64,000 nt of DNA from an uncultured Rivularia sp. (GCA_963665115.1 OY762007.1:1312001-1376000); one strand, 5' to 3'. Positions 53,257-63,970 are shown, counted from the first letter of the stretch. A program made the numbers and translations. Notes: a model not told the origin generated them from the letters alone.

Positions 53257-53661
53257 ATGGCTAAACAGAAAAAAATTGATCCTCTTGTCGGCGAAGATTT
53301 ACTCAAGAAAGTAAAAGAGCTAGAAAGCGAAAGTAAAGAAGATAAAGCCAAACAATGCGGCTACTATACCGTTACGAAAAATGGTATAGAGCGCGTTAAC
53401 ATGATGAAATTCTTGAATGCCCTAATTGATGCTGAGGGTATTCAGTTAGATAGTTCTTCTGGTGCTAATGGCCGTGGAGGACGCAGCGCTAGCTATCGAA
53501 TTAGCGTGCAGTCCAACGGTAATTTGTTGATAGGTTCGGCTTATACAAAACAGATGGGTCTTGAACCAGGAGATGAGTTTATCATCACTTTAGGCAAAAA
53601 GCATATTCGTCTAAAACAAGTAGATCCAGAAGATTTAGAAGGCGAAGAGGAAGAAGATTAA
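53257..53661 (+). CDS. Cyanobacterial AbrB-like transcriptional regulator (cyAbrB)
   Basis: CGYY, GRGGRSASYRISVQSNGNLLIGSAYT, GDEF…LGKKHIRL. Confidence 0.92.
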   Translation: MAKQKKIDPLVGEDLLKKVKELESESKEDKAKQCGYYTVTKNGIERVNMMKFLNALIDAEGIQLDSSSGANGRGGRSASYRISVQSNGNLLIGSAYTKQMGLEPGDEFIITLGKKHIRLKQVDPEDLEGEEEED

Positions 53662-54998
53662 GCGAACTAATTAGTCATTTAATAATCGTGATTAATCAAT
53701 GTTGATTGTTAGATAGACATGAATGACATCGCTTGCTTTAAAACAAATGCAAGTGTTTGATTGCTCTTATATCTCTTGATAAAGATTAATCAATCAAAGC
53801 ATGGAAGCGCAATACTGGCTAGAAAACTCATACAGGTTTTATGCCTACAAATGTATCCATAATTTCGCTTAATGATAATTTGGGTAAATTTGGTTTAAAT
53901 AAAAAGTGTGGTTGATATATGTATGTATAGCAGGATATCAATTCATTGTTTCGTCAATTAACAATGTAAATACTGCTGGCATTAAATGGTCAATTATTAT
54001 ACTTCAACCATTCGTTGGTTGTAGCTGCCTCTCCAGCCTGTAATGGTTGCAGGCAGCTTTCTTATTATTGACATTTAGATATGATTGAATAGCTAAGATG
54101 AGTGGGGATAGAGGCAGCATAGCTGAAGGCAGCAATAAATAATCTCCTGCTAGCATTTAAATTATAGTAATATTTCTTCATCACTAATTAATCAATAATA
54201 TAGATTTTCGATAAAAAGATTGAGAAGTTTTAACAAATATCTTGACTAGTAATGTAATCGTTCCACACGTTTTTATAAATTTGATTTAACTTCTTTACAG
54301 GTACTTATCTTTACAGTTATTTATAGATATTAATTTAAAATATAAGCTAAGCATATATATATATATTCGATTATGTTCAAAATTCTCGCCTTGAATGACT
54401 CTTGGTGTCTTGGTAAAAGTCAAAGGGAAAGCACTAATTGTTTGGCAACAGTGCTGCGATCTGTATAATCTCTACTTCTATAAAAAGTTGCTTTTGTAGC
54501 TACTTTCTGTAGAAAATTTATGGGTAATTTCCATTCTGTAGCCCGATTACTTTACAAAGCTTTGGTAAAAAAAGCTGTAATTACTCAGAATTTTTGTGGA
54601 GGAGGTGCTTAAATAGTAAACAGTAGATACCTGCTGATTAGCCAATAGGAGCGGGTGGATGCACGTTGAATGTATAGTACGTGACGAACGGTCATCGACT
54701 ATCGCGTCAAGCAAGGTTATAAATGTAAAGGTTATAAATATGTAATGTTTCACACATTCAAGTTGACTACAATCAAATTAATCGATAATTGCTTGATTCA
54801 AAATTTTTTGGTCGGTAAGGTCAGAGTTATTTGAATATAGCTATACTCGTGTTGCAGCCACAAAATGTTCATTACCTAACGGACATTTGTATGTATCACA
54901 CATTGCTTATTCTCAACCGTGCTTCGGTTGTATAAGCACAAATTTATCAGTTATACCAATTGTTATACAGCGAGTAAATAGAATAGCGGACGAGGTAG

Positions 54999-55391
54999 AT
55001 GAACACACACACCTTTGATAATCATTACGTTACTTGCCCCATTTGCCAAAAGAATGCTACGGCAAAAGTCTTAAAAACTTGTACTGGATTATACAACTGT
55101 CCTTACTGTCAGGAAAGGTTAGTGGTATGTCGTAGCGGTAATTACGTGCGCGATCCATTTCCTTTAAAACAAATTACTCTTTCATCTGTACTACGTCGTC
55201 AAAGCCGACCTTTAGCTCGAATTTTACGAGATTTTGTATTTTTTAAGCATCCTTTGATCGCTTTTATTCTGGGAAGTGCCATTATATGCGGTATGTTAAC
55301 CGTTACTCAAACAAACACTATCGAGTCAAATACTCAAAAACCTTTGAATACAGAGAATATTGATAAAAATCTCGGTACGCAAGAAAAATAA
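54999..55391 (+). CDS. Hypothetical zinc-ribbon membrane protein
   Basis: CPIC…CPYC and one TM helix; GAGG RBS. Confidence 0.7.
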   Translation: MNTHTFDNHYVTCPICQKNATAKVLKTCTGLYNCPYCQERLVVCRSGNYVRDPFPLKQITLSSVLRRQSRPLARILRDFVFFKHPLIAFILGSAIICGMLTVTQTNTIESNTQKPLNTENIDKNLGTQEK

Positions 55392-55563
55392 ACAATATTT
55401 TTTGTTAAAGGGAACGGGCAATGGGGAACGGCGAGCATTCTTAAGCAATAGAAAAATATGCCGTTCGATTGTGGCTAGCTGCTCGTTTATATTTATATAT
55501 AAAATTCAATAATTACCCGCCTTTATATAAATGTTTGAAAACACCCCCTTGACTAATTTTTAT

Positions 55564-57183
55564 TTAGTTAGGGGGCATTTTTTTTGTAACTAAAGTCCAA
55601 CCTTCTTGCTTGGCTATTACTTGTACTGAATCGGATGGAAAATCCTTCAACGCATTTTCGTCCAGTAAGAAATATGGTTGTTTATCATGCTGCCAATAAT
55701 ATTTCAAGTTATCTGGAGAAGCTGGTTTGATGGTACCTTCGCTATAAAAATCTAATGATGGACGATTATGCGGTGAAGAGATATAAACTGTTTTTATTCC
55801 TAGATTCGCTTGGGCTACCATCTGGACAACTGGCTTAACTGGATAATCTTCATTAAGTTCCCACACCCAGTAATTCGACTTTACAAATAATAATAAAGAT
55901 ACATAGGTTCCCCACAGAAGTACTTTAAGGAATTGTCTGTCACCTCTTTGTGCCCTTAAAGCTGATAAAGCCATTGTCACGCTAAGTGAGGCAAATATCA
56001 GCTGCAATTCGGGTGAAGGTGTTCCACTCCAGCTATAGTAAGTACTGGCAACTGCGGAAATCAAAGCCAAAAAGCTTAACATTACTACCCAAAATTTCGG
56101 TAAAGGGGTTAGTAAAGGTAAATTTTCGACTTGACCGAATTTTGCTCCGATCGCCAAAGCAATCGCAGGGTAAATCGGGAAAACATACCAAGGAAGCTTG
56201 GTTCCCATCACAGAAATAGCTATTAAATAAACACCGAGCCAAACGAGTACAAGTTTCGCCCAACTAAGATTGCGATTTTCCCAGGCAAAGCGTAAAGAAG
56301 CTGGGACAAAAATTAACCAAGGCCATGTATATTTGCAAATTTCAAGTAAATAATACCAGGGTGGCCCGGAATGATTTTCAACGGAAGTCCAGATACGGCT
56401 AAAGGATTGATTGATCATCCCTTTATTCACAAAATTATGCCCGTAATGTAACCATTGGGCACCGTACCAAAAAGCTACCGGAGCAGCACCGATAAACATT
56501 CCCATCCACATATACTTACTGGTAAGCAATCGCGGCGTATCCCAAAATAGATAAATCATCGCCACAGCACCCAGCAGTATACCTAAAATGCTCTTAGTTA
56601 AACATATCAGCGCAAAACCGATACCAACGCCCAAGCAATAGCGTAAATTGCGACGCGATCGCAACACGCACAACAGCATAATTGTGAAAAAGCAAACTGC
56701 TGCACCGTCTAACATAGCCAGCCTTCCGTGACGTACAACCGGCAACATTGTTAGATAAACCAAAGCGCTGTAGACAGCATAAATACGGCAAGGAAATATT
56801 TCTCTGCCAATGCTATACAGAAAAGGTACCGAAATAGCTGTTAAAATTGCACCGGGTAAACGTGTAGTCCACTCGTTTACACCTCCTAAACTATAAGCCC
56901 AAGCAATCATCAAATGTATTAATGGCGGCTTGTTGTGATATGGCTCACCCCCTAGAGTTGGGAAAAGCCATCGCATCTCGCCAGTTGGAGCGCGTCCCAA
57001 TTCGCGTGCAACTTGTGCAACAGTGCCTTCATCCCAGTCTCGCAGCGGCAAGTCGCCTAGATTAATAGTAAAAAGTATTACTGCGGCTACCAGTAATATT
57101 ACTATCCAAATTCTATCTATCCGTTTGTCCATCCGACGATACTGTTTTTCAACACGATCCCAAATAAAGCTTTCTTTTTGCAT
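55564..57183 (-). CDS. ArnT/PMT-like (GT-C fold) membrane glycosyltransferase
   Basis: DWDEG, KPPL, RLPGA, HSGPPWYY, KLPWY; many TM helices. Confidence 0.9.
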   Translation of the reverse strand: MQKESFIWDRVEKQYRRMDKRIDRIWIVILLVAAVILFTINLGDLPLRDWDEGTVAQVARELGRAPTGEMRWLFPTLGGEPYHNKPPLIHLMIAWAYSLGGVNEWTTRLPGAILTAISVPFLYSIGREIFPCRIYAVYSALVYLTMLPVVRHGRLAMLDGAAVCFFTIMLLCVLRSRRNLRYCLGVGIGFALICLTKSILGILLGAVAMIYLFWDTPRLLTSKYMWMGMFIGAAPVAFWYGAQWLHYGHNFVNKGMINQSFSRIWTSVENHSGPPWYYLLEICKYTWPWLIFVPASLRFAWENRNLSWAKLVLVWLGVYLIAISVMGTKLPWYVFPIYPAIALAIGAKFGQVENLPLLTPLPKFWVVMLSFLALISAVASTYYSWSGTPSPELQLIFASLSVTMALSALRAQRGDRQFLKVLLWGTYVSLLLFVKSNYWVWELNEDYPVKPVVQMVAQANLGIKTVYISSPHNRPSLDFYSEGTIKPASPDNLKYYWQHDKQPYFLLDENALKDFPSDSVQVIAKQEGWTLVTKKMPPN

Positions 57184-57450
57184 AAACTAGGACAATCGTT
57201 TTAAATCGCTGCTTAAATGATGGAGAAACCGGTATTGTGAATCTCCAATAATAACATTCTATTAAACTACTGTCTTTTCATTATCTCGTTAAATCTAATT
57301 TATTTATCTTTATTTTGCTATATTCTTAAATTTTTTCTCAAGAAAAAGAATCGGATAAATTTTATAAAAATTAAAATCTTGTTTATTGGATAAAAATTAA
57401 TCCTGTTGCATCACAAACATTAATGATTAAATACTGGGAGAGAAAAAAAT

Positions 57451-58968
57451 ATGAATCTGCCTTTTATCTTCGATATTGCTTTAGGTTTAGTATTTACTTA
57501 CTTAATCTTGAGTTTACTAGCTTCCGAAATACAGGAATTGATTGCCACATTATTACAATGGCGTGCCGCGCACCTCAGAAAATCTATTGAAATTTTACTT
57601 GCAGGTGGTGTTCGTAATCCTGAAGAAGCAAAAATAATCCAATTAGTAAATCAAATTTATGGAAATCCTTTAGTTAGAAATATTAATCAAGAAGCGAAAG
57701 GAGTTTTAGCGACTTTACCTAGAAAAGTTACCTGGGCTTTTTCTTCTTTGACTCGTCCTTTAAAAATGACACGTGCCGGAACAAGTAAGAACGAAACTAT
57801 TTTCGGTAATGGTCAACATAGCGGGCCATCTTATATTCCTGCCGATATTTATGCAACCACATTGATGGAAACTTTGCAAATTCCTGATTTTTCTCGAAAA
57901 CTTTCGGAATCAAGGTTAGAAAAATTTAAAAATGAAAGACTCGGTGAAATACAAGATATTTTATTTAGCTTTGAAGGAAGAGTACAAGGAGATGAGAAAT
58001 TCACGAATTTTTTGAGCGTTATTTATCAAGAATTCGCGGAAATGCAGGCTGATTTAGAAAAAATTATCTGGAATTATAACCAAAAAAAAGCCGATTTGAA
58101 TACTAGTATCAGTCGTATGTCAGAAAGTATAGATAGATATATAGAAACTTTTCAATTAGAAATACCAGAAAGCGAACATACGGCTGCTTCAGTGCGAAGG
58201 CTCAAATTTTTAAAGCAGGATATGTTTTCTTCCCAAGAACAAACAATTACTTTAGGAGGTTTAGAACCGAATGTAACCGAAATTGTTGAGTTAATGAAGA
58301 AGGGTAGTAAAGTTTACCAAGAATTTGAAGAGGCAATTAAAGATAAAGATAGTCAAACCTATGAAAAATTTCAGCAACTAACAGGTATTTTACCGCAATC
58401 TATTACAGAGAATCTGACTGTTTTAGCCCATCGTACCCGAACAAGAATTAATAAAACAGAATCTGGGCTTCATGAATTGAGACAAGAAATGGAATACTCT
58501 TTTAATAGTTCTATGGAAAGAGCTACTGGAGTTTACAAGCGTAATTCTAAAGGAGTCGCGTTACTAATTGGTTTTGCTATTGCTGTATTAGCAAACGCCG
58601 ATGCATTTCATATGATAAGTAGACTTTCTACCGATTCAGCCTTAAGAAATACGATTGTGAATAATGCCGGACAAATAGTAGTCCAGAATAAAGACAATCT
58701 GAAGTATATAGACATCGGAACCCTTAGAAGTCAAACAGAAGAAGTTTTATCCGATATATCTTTACCCATTGGTTGGACCCAAGTCAACATCAAGCAGCAA
58801 GTAGGCTCCATACCAACACTTAACACTGGCTTGCCGTCATTTCTCAAATTTGCGCGAGCAATTCCCGGCTGGATTATTAGCGGTCTTGCGATCGCGATGG
58901 GTGCCCCTTTCTGGTTTGATGTAATTAGTAAAGTTTCCAGCGTGCGGAATACTGGGAAAAAGCCTTAA
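57451..58968 (+). CDS. Hypothetical membrane protein
   Basis: TM segments at the N-terminus and near the C-terminus (LPIGW, MGAPFWFD); helical central region. Confidence 0.75.
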   Translation: MNLPFIFDIALGLVFTYLILSLLASEIQELIATLLQWRAAHLRKSIEILLAGGVRNPEEAKIIQLVNQIYGNPLVRNINQEAKGVLATLPRKVTWAFSSLTRPLKMTRAGTSKNETIFGNGQHSGPSYIPADIYATTLMETLQIPDFSRKLSESRLEKFKNERLGEIQDILFSFEGRVQGDEKFTNFLSVIYQEFAEMQADLEKIIWNYNQKKADLNTSISRMSESIDRYIETFQLEIPESEHTAASVRRLKFLKQDMFSSQEQTITLGGLEPNVTEIVELMKKGSKVYQEFEEAIKDKDSQTYEKFQQLTGILPQSITENLTVLAHRTRTRINKTESGLHELRQEMEYSFNSSMERATGVYKRNSKGVALLIGFAIAVLANADAFHMISRLSTDSALRNTIVNNAGQIVVQNKDNLKYIDIGTLRSQTEEVLSDISLPIGWTQVNIKQQVGSIPTLNTGLPSFLKFARAIPGWIISGLAIAMGAPFWFDVISKVSSVRNTGKKP

Positions 58969-58969
58969 T

Positions 58970-59200
58970 TTGGGAATTGGGCATAGGGCATGGGGCATGG
59001 GAAAGTTAGGAGTTAGCAGTTAGCAGTTAGAAGTTAAGAGTTAAGAGTTAAGAGTTGAGTTATGAATCAATATTTTAGTAATCCCCAATTACCAATTACC
59101 AATTACCAATTACCAATTACCAATGCCCCATGCCCCATGCCCAATAATTACCAATGCCCAGCAACCAACAACCAACAACCAATAACTAACAACTAACAAC
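58970..59200. repeat. STRR tandem repeats (GGGCATG, AGTTAAG, TTACCAA, CAACCAA)
   Basis: Directly visible. Similar tracts at 17905-18160, 33140-33290, 43750-43920, 47230-47320 and 49860-49965. Confidence 0.85.
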
Positions 59201-60495
59201 TAAAATATAAATATAATTCGTAGATCCCAATCTTTCTCTTGACGAATTATCTCGATCTGACGAATAAATTCTCTAAAATAAAATCTTCTTTCTGTTTCGG
59301 ATAAGTCAAACCAAAATTGCGGAATGGAAACGGCTTGGGCAACCGAACGTAAGTTTACTGGCGGCAATATTGCTAGTTGTGCTTGAAGTTTTGAGATTTC
59401 GGTGCGGAGTTTGTAAGTTCTGATTTTGGCAGTTTCTTCATCTAAAATGCCAGTTTCAATCAATGCTGGTATTTGTTCTAGTATTTGCTGTTGACGGATA
59501 ATAGCTTCGGTTAAATTATTTTTTACCCCATCAAAGAACGTAAAATTAATTTTTTCTACCGCTTGAGGTAATTCGTTGCAAACTTTTTCAATCGTGTTTT
59601 CTAATACTTGTTGGTAAGAAATAGCACGGCATTTTTTATTTTTGACACAGTTAATAGGACGTAAATAAATATACTCTTTCTTTCGTCTGTGAAAGGTAAC
59701 GCGAGTAACGCTCATGTGAGATTGACATTCACCACAAACAACTAAACCAGCCAATGAACGCCTAGCACTTGCTGTACGAGACGGTAAACGACTATTACGA
59801 CGTAAAATTCTATCAACTTGGGCTGCTTCTTCACGAGAAATTATTGCATTGTGGGTGTTGCCGATCATTTCCCCATTCCGATAAGCGGTATCGCCACGAT
59901 ATACAGGATTAGATAACCAACGTCTTCCGGTAGTAACGGATATTTTTTTACCGTATTTTTTAGCTAAATGTCGCACGGCTCCCCGTAGCGAACCATACAA
60001 TAAAAAGTTATCGAAAAATTCTTTGACTACCGGGGAAGTACTGCGGTCAATAGTATATTTTGCTTTACCGCGACGGTAACCGTAAGGTGCTTTACCCGGT
60101 GGTGGTGATGCCTCTAAACGATTGCGTGCGTGTCCTTGACGGATACGACGACTGCGTTTTTGTTGTTGAATTTCGTGTAATAGCTTGAGTAAATTAGCGT
60201 GGGTATTAGTTGCTTTTGTTGCAGAATTATAATTTTGTTCTACTGCAACGAGATTTATTCCCATCTCTTCAAATTGGGAAAGGTTCGATGCAACTTCCTC
60301 AACAGAATCTCCTAACTCTTCCAAACGTCGGATAAAAACTATAGAAGGAGGATTCGTTTGACAGTCTTTGAATAACTGCTGTAACTCCAACCGTTTCCCC
60401 AAATCTTGGTAAACCCGATCTACTTCCCATCCTAAGCTCGTAGGTTCGGGAGTTTCTTCTAATAAATAGTCGCTGTAAGTATATGCGAACTTCAT
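59200..60495 (-). CDS. Large serine recombinase family protein with degenerate catalytic domain
   Basis: PGKAPYGY, WLSNPVYRG, HNAIIS, LAGLVVCGEC zinc ribbon, coiled coil. The N-terminus lacks the canonical YxRxS motif. Confidence 0.8.
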   Translation of the reverse strand: MKFAYTYSDYLLEETPEPTSLGWEVDRVYQDLGKRLELQQLFKDCQTNPPSIVFIRRLEELGDSVEEVASNLSQFEEMGINLVAVEQNYNSATKATNTHANLLKLLHEIQQQKRSRRIRQGHARNRLEASPPPGKAPYGYRRGKAKYTIDRSTSPVVKEFFDNFLLYGSLRGAVRHLAKKYGKKISVTTGRRWLSNPVYRGDTAYRNGEMIGNTHNAIISREEAAQVDRILRRNSRLPSRTASARRSLAGLVVCGECQSHMSVTRVTFHRRKKEYIYLRPINCVKNKKCRAISYQQVLENTIEKVCNELPQAVEKINFTFFDGVKNNLTEAIIRQQQILEQIPALIETGILDEETAKIRTYKLRTEISKLQAQLAILPPVNLRSVAQAVSIPQFWFDLSETERRFYFREFIRQIEIIRQEKDWDLRIIFIF

Positions 60496-60579
60496 TCAGT
60501 GAACAGTTATCAATTATCAGTTATCAGTTATCAATTATCAATTATCAATTATCACTCATAACTCCTAACTCCTAACTCT

Positions 60580-60940
60580 TTACTGTTGGCTTAATTCAAT
60601 AATATTTCCGTCTGAGTCTTGAGTGAATAATGCTCTACGACCGGAAGCACTTGGTTGAATTGGGCAGTTATAATTTAATAACCGCTCTTTAGCGGCATCT
60701 AAGTCGGAAACTGAAAAAGCAATATGGGGGTTGCGGCCCCCATTTTTCGTTTTTAGCTGGGCTTGAAAGTAAAGATGTAACGATTAGGTGTAATTGATAT
60801 TCACCAACTTGATACCAGCTACCAGGAAAATTGCGCGATCGCTCTGTTTTAGGTAATTTTAAGATTTCACCATAAAAGTGTTCGGCACGGTTTAAGTCAG
60901 TGACAAGAATGGCTACGTGCAAACATTGAGTAATTTGCAT
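60580..60940 (-). CDS. VOC (glyoxalase) family protein, +1 frameshift at C-run 60737-60741
   Basis: HVAILVTDL…QLHL, then GRNPHIAFSVSDL…DSDGNIIEL* in the shifted frame. Confidence 0.88.
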
Positions 60941-61105
60941 ATTAAATGATTTTGGATTTTAGATTTTGGATTTTAGATTAGGAGTTATAAGTTAAAACTT
61001 CTACCCCTTCTACCCCCTCTTCCCTCTCTTCCCCCTCTCTCCCTATATTCTCCCATGCCCAATGCCCGATGCCCAACTCCCTATCATTCATAATAAATAA
61101 TTTAT

Positions 61106-61714
61106 ATGGGCACAAAGTCAAGAAAACGATGGCTTGGTTTGATCTTAATTGCTGTGGTGTCTTCGCTATTGCTGGCTATTACTTCTACAGCGTTTAACAT
61201 TTATGTTTACGGTAACGAAAGTCCTAATATTAAAGCTGATGCTGCAATTGTTTTAGGGGCTGCTGTTTGGGGTAACGAACCATCCCCTGTTTTTCGAGAA
61301 CGCATTAATCATGCGGTTAATCTTTATCAAAATAAAGATGTTCGTAAGATTATTTTTACGGGTGGTGTTGGTGACAGTGACGAACTATCTGAGGCTGTTG
61401 TTGGTAAACGTTATGCTATAGAACGAGGAGTAAAAGAAACTGATATTTTTGTTGAAACTGAATCTAAAACTACGCGACAAAATTTAATCAATGCCCGAAA
61501 AATAGCTGTTGAAAATAAATTAATTAAAAGTAAATTTCTAATTGTTAGCGACCCTTTACACCTCAAACGCGCTGTATTAATGGCACAAGATTTAGGAATC
61601 GATGCTTATCCTGCCGCGACACCAACCACCCGCTACCGTAGTTTTCAAAAAAAGTTTGAATTTCTGATCCGAGAAACTTATTTTTATTTTGTTTACTCAT
61701 TATTCAAAATTTAA
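61106..61714 (+). CDS. YdcF/DUF218 family protein
   Basis: AAIVLGA, IFTGG, ETESKTTRQN, VSDPLHLKRA. Confidence 0.9.
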   Translation: MGTKSRKRWLGLILIAVVSSLLLAITSTAFNIYVYGNESPNIKADAAIVLGAAVWGNEPSPVFRERINHAVNLYQNKDVRKIIFTGGVGDSDELSEAVVGKRYAIERGVKETDIFVETESKTTRQNLINARKIAVENKLIKSKFLIVSDPLHLKRAVLMAQDLGIDAYPAATPTTRYRSFQKKFEFLIRETYFYFVYSLFKI

Positions 61715-61775
61715 TTTAATATACCCTGGCATTTTCCATTCAGCGATAATTGATAATTGATAATTGATTAATTGA

Positions 61776-62867
61776 TTAAAACCCTTGCATTTCAACTAAT
61801 TCGATACATAGATCGTTAATTTGTTCTAAATCCGGTTTGTGAGGTAAGGCTGATTGTTCGTAAACGGTTTCCATTTCAGCTACTAAGTCCTCTGCTATTT
61901 TCATTAGTTGTTCGTAGGAATATTCGCCACGAAGAATTGCTTTCAAATCTTCTGCATCACCTATCTTTTTTCTATCTACAATTACTTCTTGTTGACGTAA
62001 TATTTCTAAGCCGCTACGCAATAATCTAATGCAGTGCATTCCGTGTTTGAGGTCGTAACCTGACAATTTTTCTGTTTCCGCTCTTTGAGGATTTCTATTT
62101 TTTTTCCACGATTGATACGCTTGCCATTCTCTCAATGCATTATGATATTTTTGACTTCTTTGCAGTAAGCGAATAAAGTCTTTACGGCTATTGGTGAATT
62201 GTTGAGTTTTTTCTATAGTTTCATCGGGTAAAGGATGCTGTTTCAACATTCCTTTAAAGTCGATATCCGCTGTCAATAATTTATAAAGCTGTTCTGCTTC
62301 TTCTAAGAATTCAATTTTACCTCTAATTAATAAATATAGATATTCGAGAAAAGCATTTAATTCTTCTTTAGCTAAAGGTGTTTCGTTTTCTATTTCAAAA
62401 TCAGATGGTATTGGTTTGGATTGCGGCGGATTTAATAACCACTTGCGATGAGTTTCTATTTTTTTGATTTGAGCAAAGGCATAACCAGAATAAGTATGCT
62501 TGACTTTTTTACTTAAAAATAGTTTTCTGTGGTTCATTAAATGTTGTCCTACTGGGGTTAAAACAGGATATTCGTTTAGCCACAAAAGTTCTAAAACGTT
62601 GGGGTTTGCTCCTGCTAATAATTGAATTATTTTTCTTAGTTCATAGATAACGGTATCTTCGCTATTATCCAGAAAAGAATGGATTCCCGGTTCGTTCCAA
62701 CCGCTATCTTTTTGCTCGATTCCTTTATTAAATCCCAGATAATATTCTTTGGGTGCGATAAATACACCCCTCCAGTCGTAATCGGAATCTGGACGATTCA
62801 ATCCGTAACCGTGGCTTCCGGCTAATCCTACAAAAATCGTTCTAGCTTCTACTTCTATTCTTTTCAT
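61776..62867 (-). CDS. DNA polymerase beta superfamily nucleotidyltransferase (RlaP/YcgL-like)
   Basis: GSHGYGLNRPDSDYDWRGVF, NPNVLELL, GYDLKHGMHCIRLL. Confidence 0.85.
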   Translation of the reverse strand: MKRIEVEARTIFVGLAGSHGYGLNRPDSDYDWRGVFIAPKEYYLGFNKGIEQKDSGWNEPGIHSFLDNSEDTVIYELRKIIQLLAGANPNVLELLWLNEYPVLTPVGQHLMNHRKLFLSKKVKHTYSGYAFAQIKKIETHRKWLLNPPQSKPIPSDFEIENETPLAKEELNAFLEYLYLLIRGKIEFLEEAEQLYKLLTADIDFKGMLKQHPLPDETIEKTQQFTNSRKDFIRLLQRSQKYHNALREWQAYQSWKKNRNPQRAETEKLSGYDLKHGMHCIRLLRSGLEILRQQEVIVDRKKIGDAEDLKAILRGEYSYEQLMKIAEDLVAEMETVYEQSALPHKPDLEQINDLCIELVEMQGF

Positions 62868-63032
62868 ATTGGATTGCGAGAAATAGCTTGTAATTAATAA
62901 TTGTTTTTTAGTTATATCTTTGAAATTGGTTAAAGTGCCAGCAACTTTATATAATTTGTAGAAATTTCAGGATTAATAAATAGTAGCCTCTTGTATTATC
63001 CTTAACTCTTGTATCACCTTAAATTAACAACT

Positions 63033-63555
63033 ATGACTGTTGAAATTCGATTAGCAAGTTCGGAGCAGCGTTACATTATTCAAAATATGTGGCCAGCTTA
63101 TATACACGATTTATCTCAATACCGAAACCAATTACCTAATAAACATGGACTTTTTGATGATGATGAAATATCTACCTACACGGCTGAAAACTTTATGACT
63201 GGGTGGTGGACTCATCCCAAGCAAGCTTTTGCCTTCATCCTTTATGTCGAAGAACGAGCTGCTGGTTTTGCGCTTGTTGCTTCACCTCCCTTAGTTGATG
63301 GAAAAGCAGATAAAGTGATTGCTGAGTTTTTTCTTCTTCATCCCTATCGCGGTAAAGGTATCGGAAAGCTATTAGCAACCCGAGTCTTTGATATGTTTAA
63401 AGGGGTCATGGCAGGTTAGCGTTTTACCAAAAAGTAAACCCGCTGTGGCTTTCTGGCGCAAAGTCATATCAGAATATACAAATGACAAGTTTCACGAGCA
63501 AGAACAACAGTATCCAGATGAACTTATGATTGACTTCTTCTTTTCTAGCTTTTAA
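63033..63555 (+). CDS. GNAT family N-acetyltransferase, +1 frameshift at G-run 63402-63405
   Basis: AEFFLLHPYRGKGIG; continues GSWQVSVLPKSKPAVAFWRKVI… in the shifted frame. Confidence 0.85.
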
Positions 63556-63619
63556 ATCAGTAACGACGTAACAAAAGCATTTGCAGTTTTTTTGTTCAGT
63601 TAGTAACTTTTGAATACAC

Positions 63620-63970
63620 TCAAAGAGGAATTTTAGCAATTCGGTCTATCCATTATTCTGCACTACATACCGCCCAAATTAATATTAATTCTTCGATAAC
63701 AACTTCGATTGCTACTTTTCTTGAAACGATAATAACTCCCGAACTTTGATTATTAGTAATAAACTCCGCAAACTCTGATGGCATAGTTTTGCGGTCGTGA
63801 CTTATAAGAATACGTTGCTGTTGCGCTGCAATTGCTAATACTTCTGCATCTTTAACTCCTTCTAACCTAGCAGCAGTTGCAGTTTGAAAATTAATACTAG
63901 CTTCTCTTCTTAAGACTCCCGTCACAATTACTTGATTTAAATCAGCGTCAGCTTGGTAACGAATCTTCAC
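63620..63970 (-). pseudogene. DUF5615/VapC45-like PIN-domain toxin with a premature TAA at 63653-63655
   Basis: ADADLN, KDAEVLA, RILISHDRK. The frame continues past the stop as WIDRIAKIPL*. Confidence 0.7.

Larger units (their letters stand above)
648..60842. repeat. HIP1 octamer GCGATCGC dispersed through the window
   Basis: At least 15 copies seen by eye (e.g. 648, 2832, 4574, 7842, 10823, 12792, 16916, 22011, 30395, 30999); less than one is expected by chance. Confidence 0.9.

Noticed and set aside
1714..56791. Many short ORFs antisense to or nested in long genes (e.g. 11994-12335, 15780-16139, 19178-19522, 38497-38886)
   Set aside because: Shadows of well-supported genes with no motifs of their own.
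63556..63610. attC-like end (…taacaaaagcatttgcag…gttag) after the GNAT gene
   Set aside because: The R boxes do not fit RYYYAAC/GTTRRRY, there is no hairpin symmetry, and no integrase is present.
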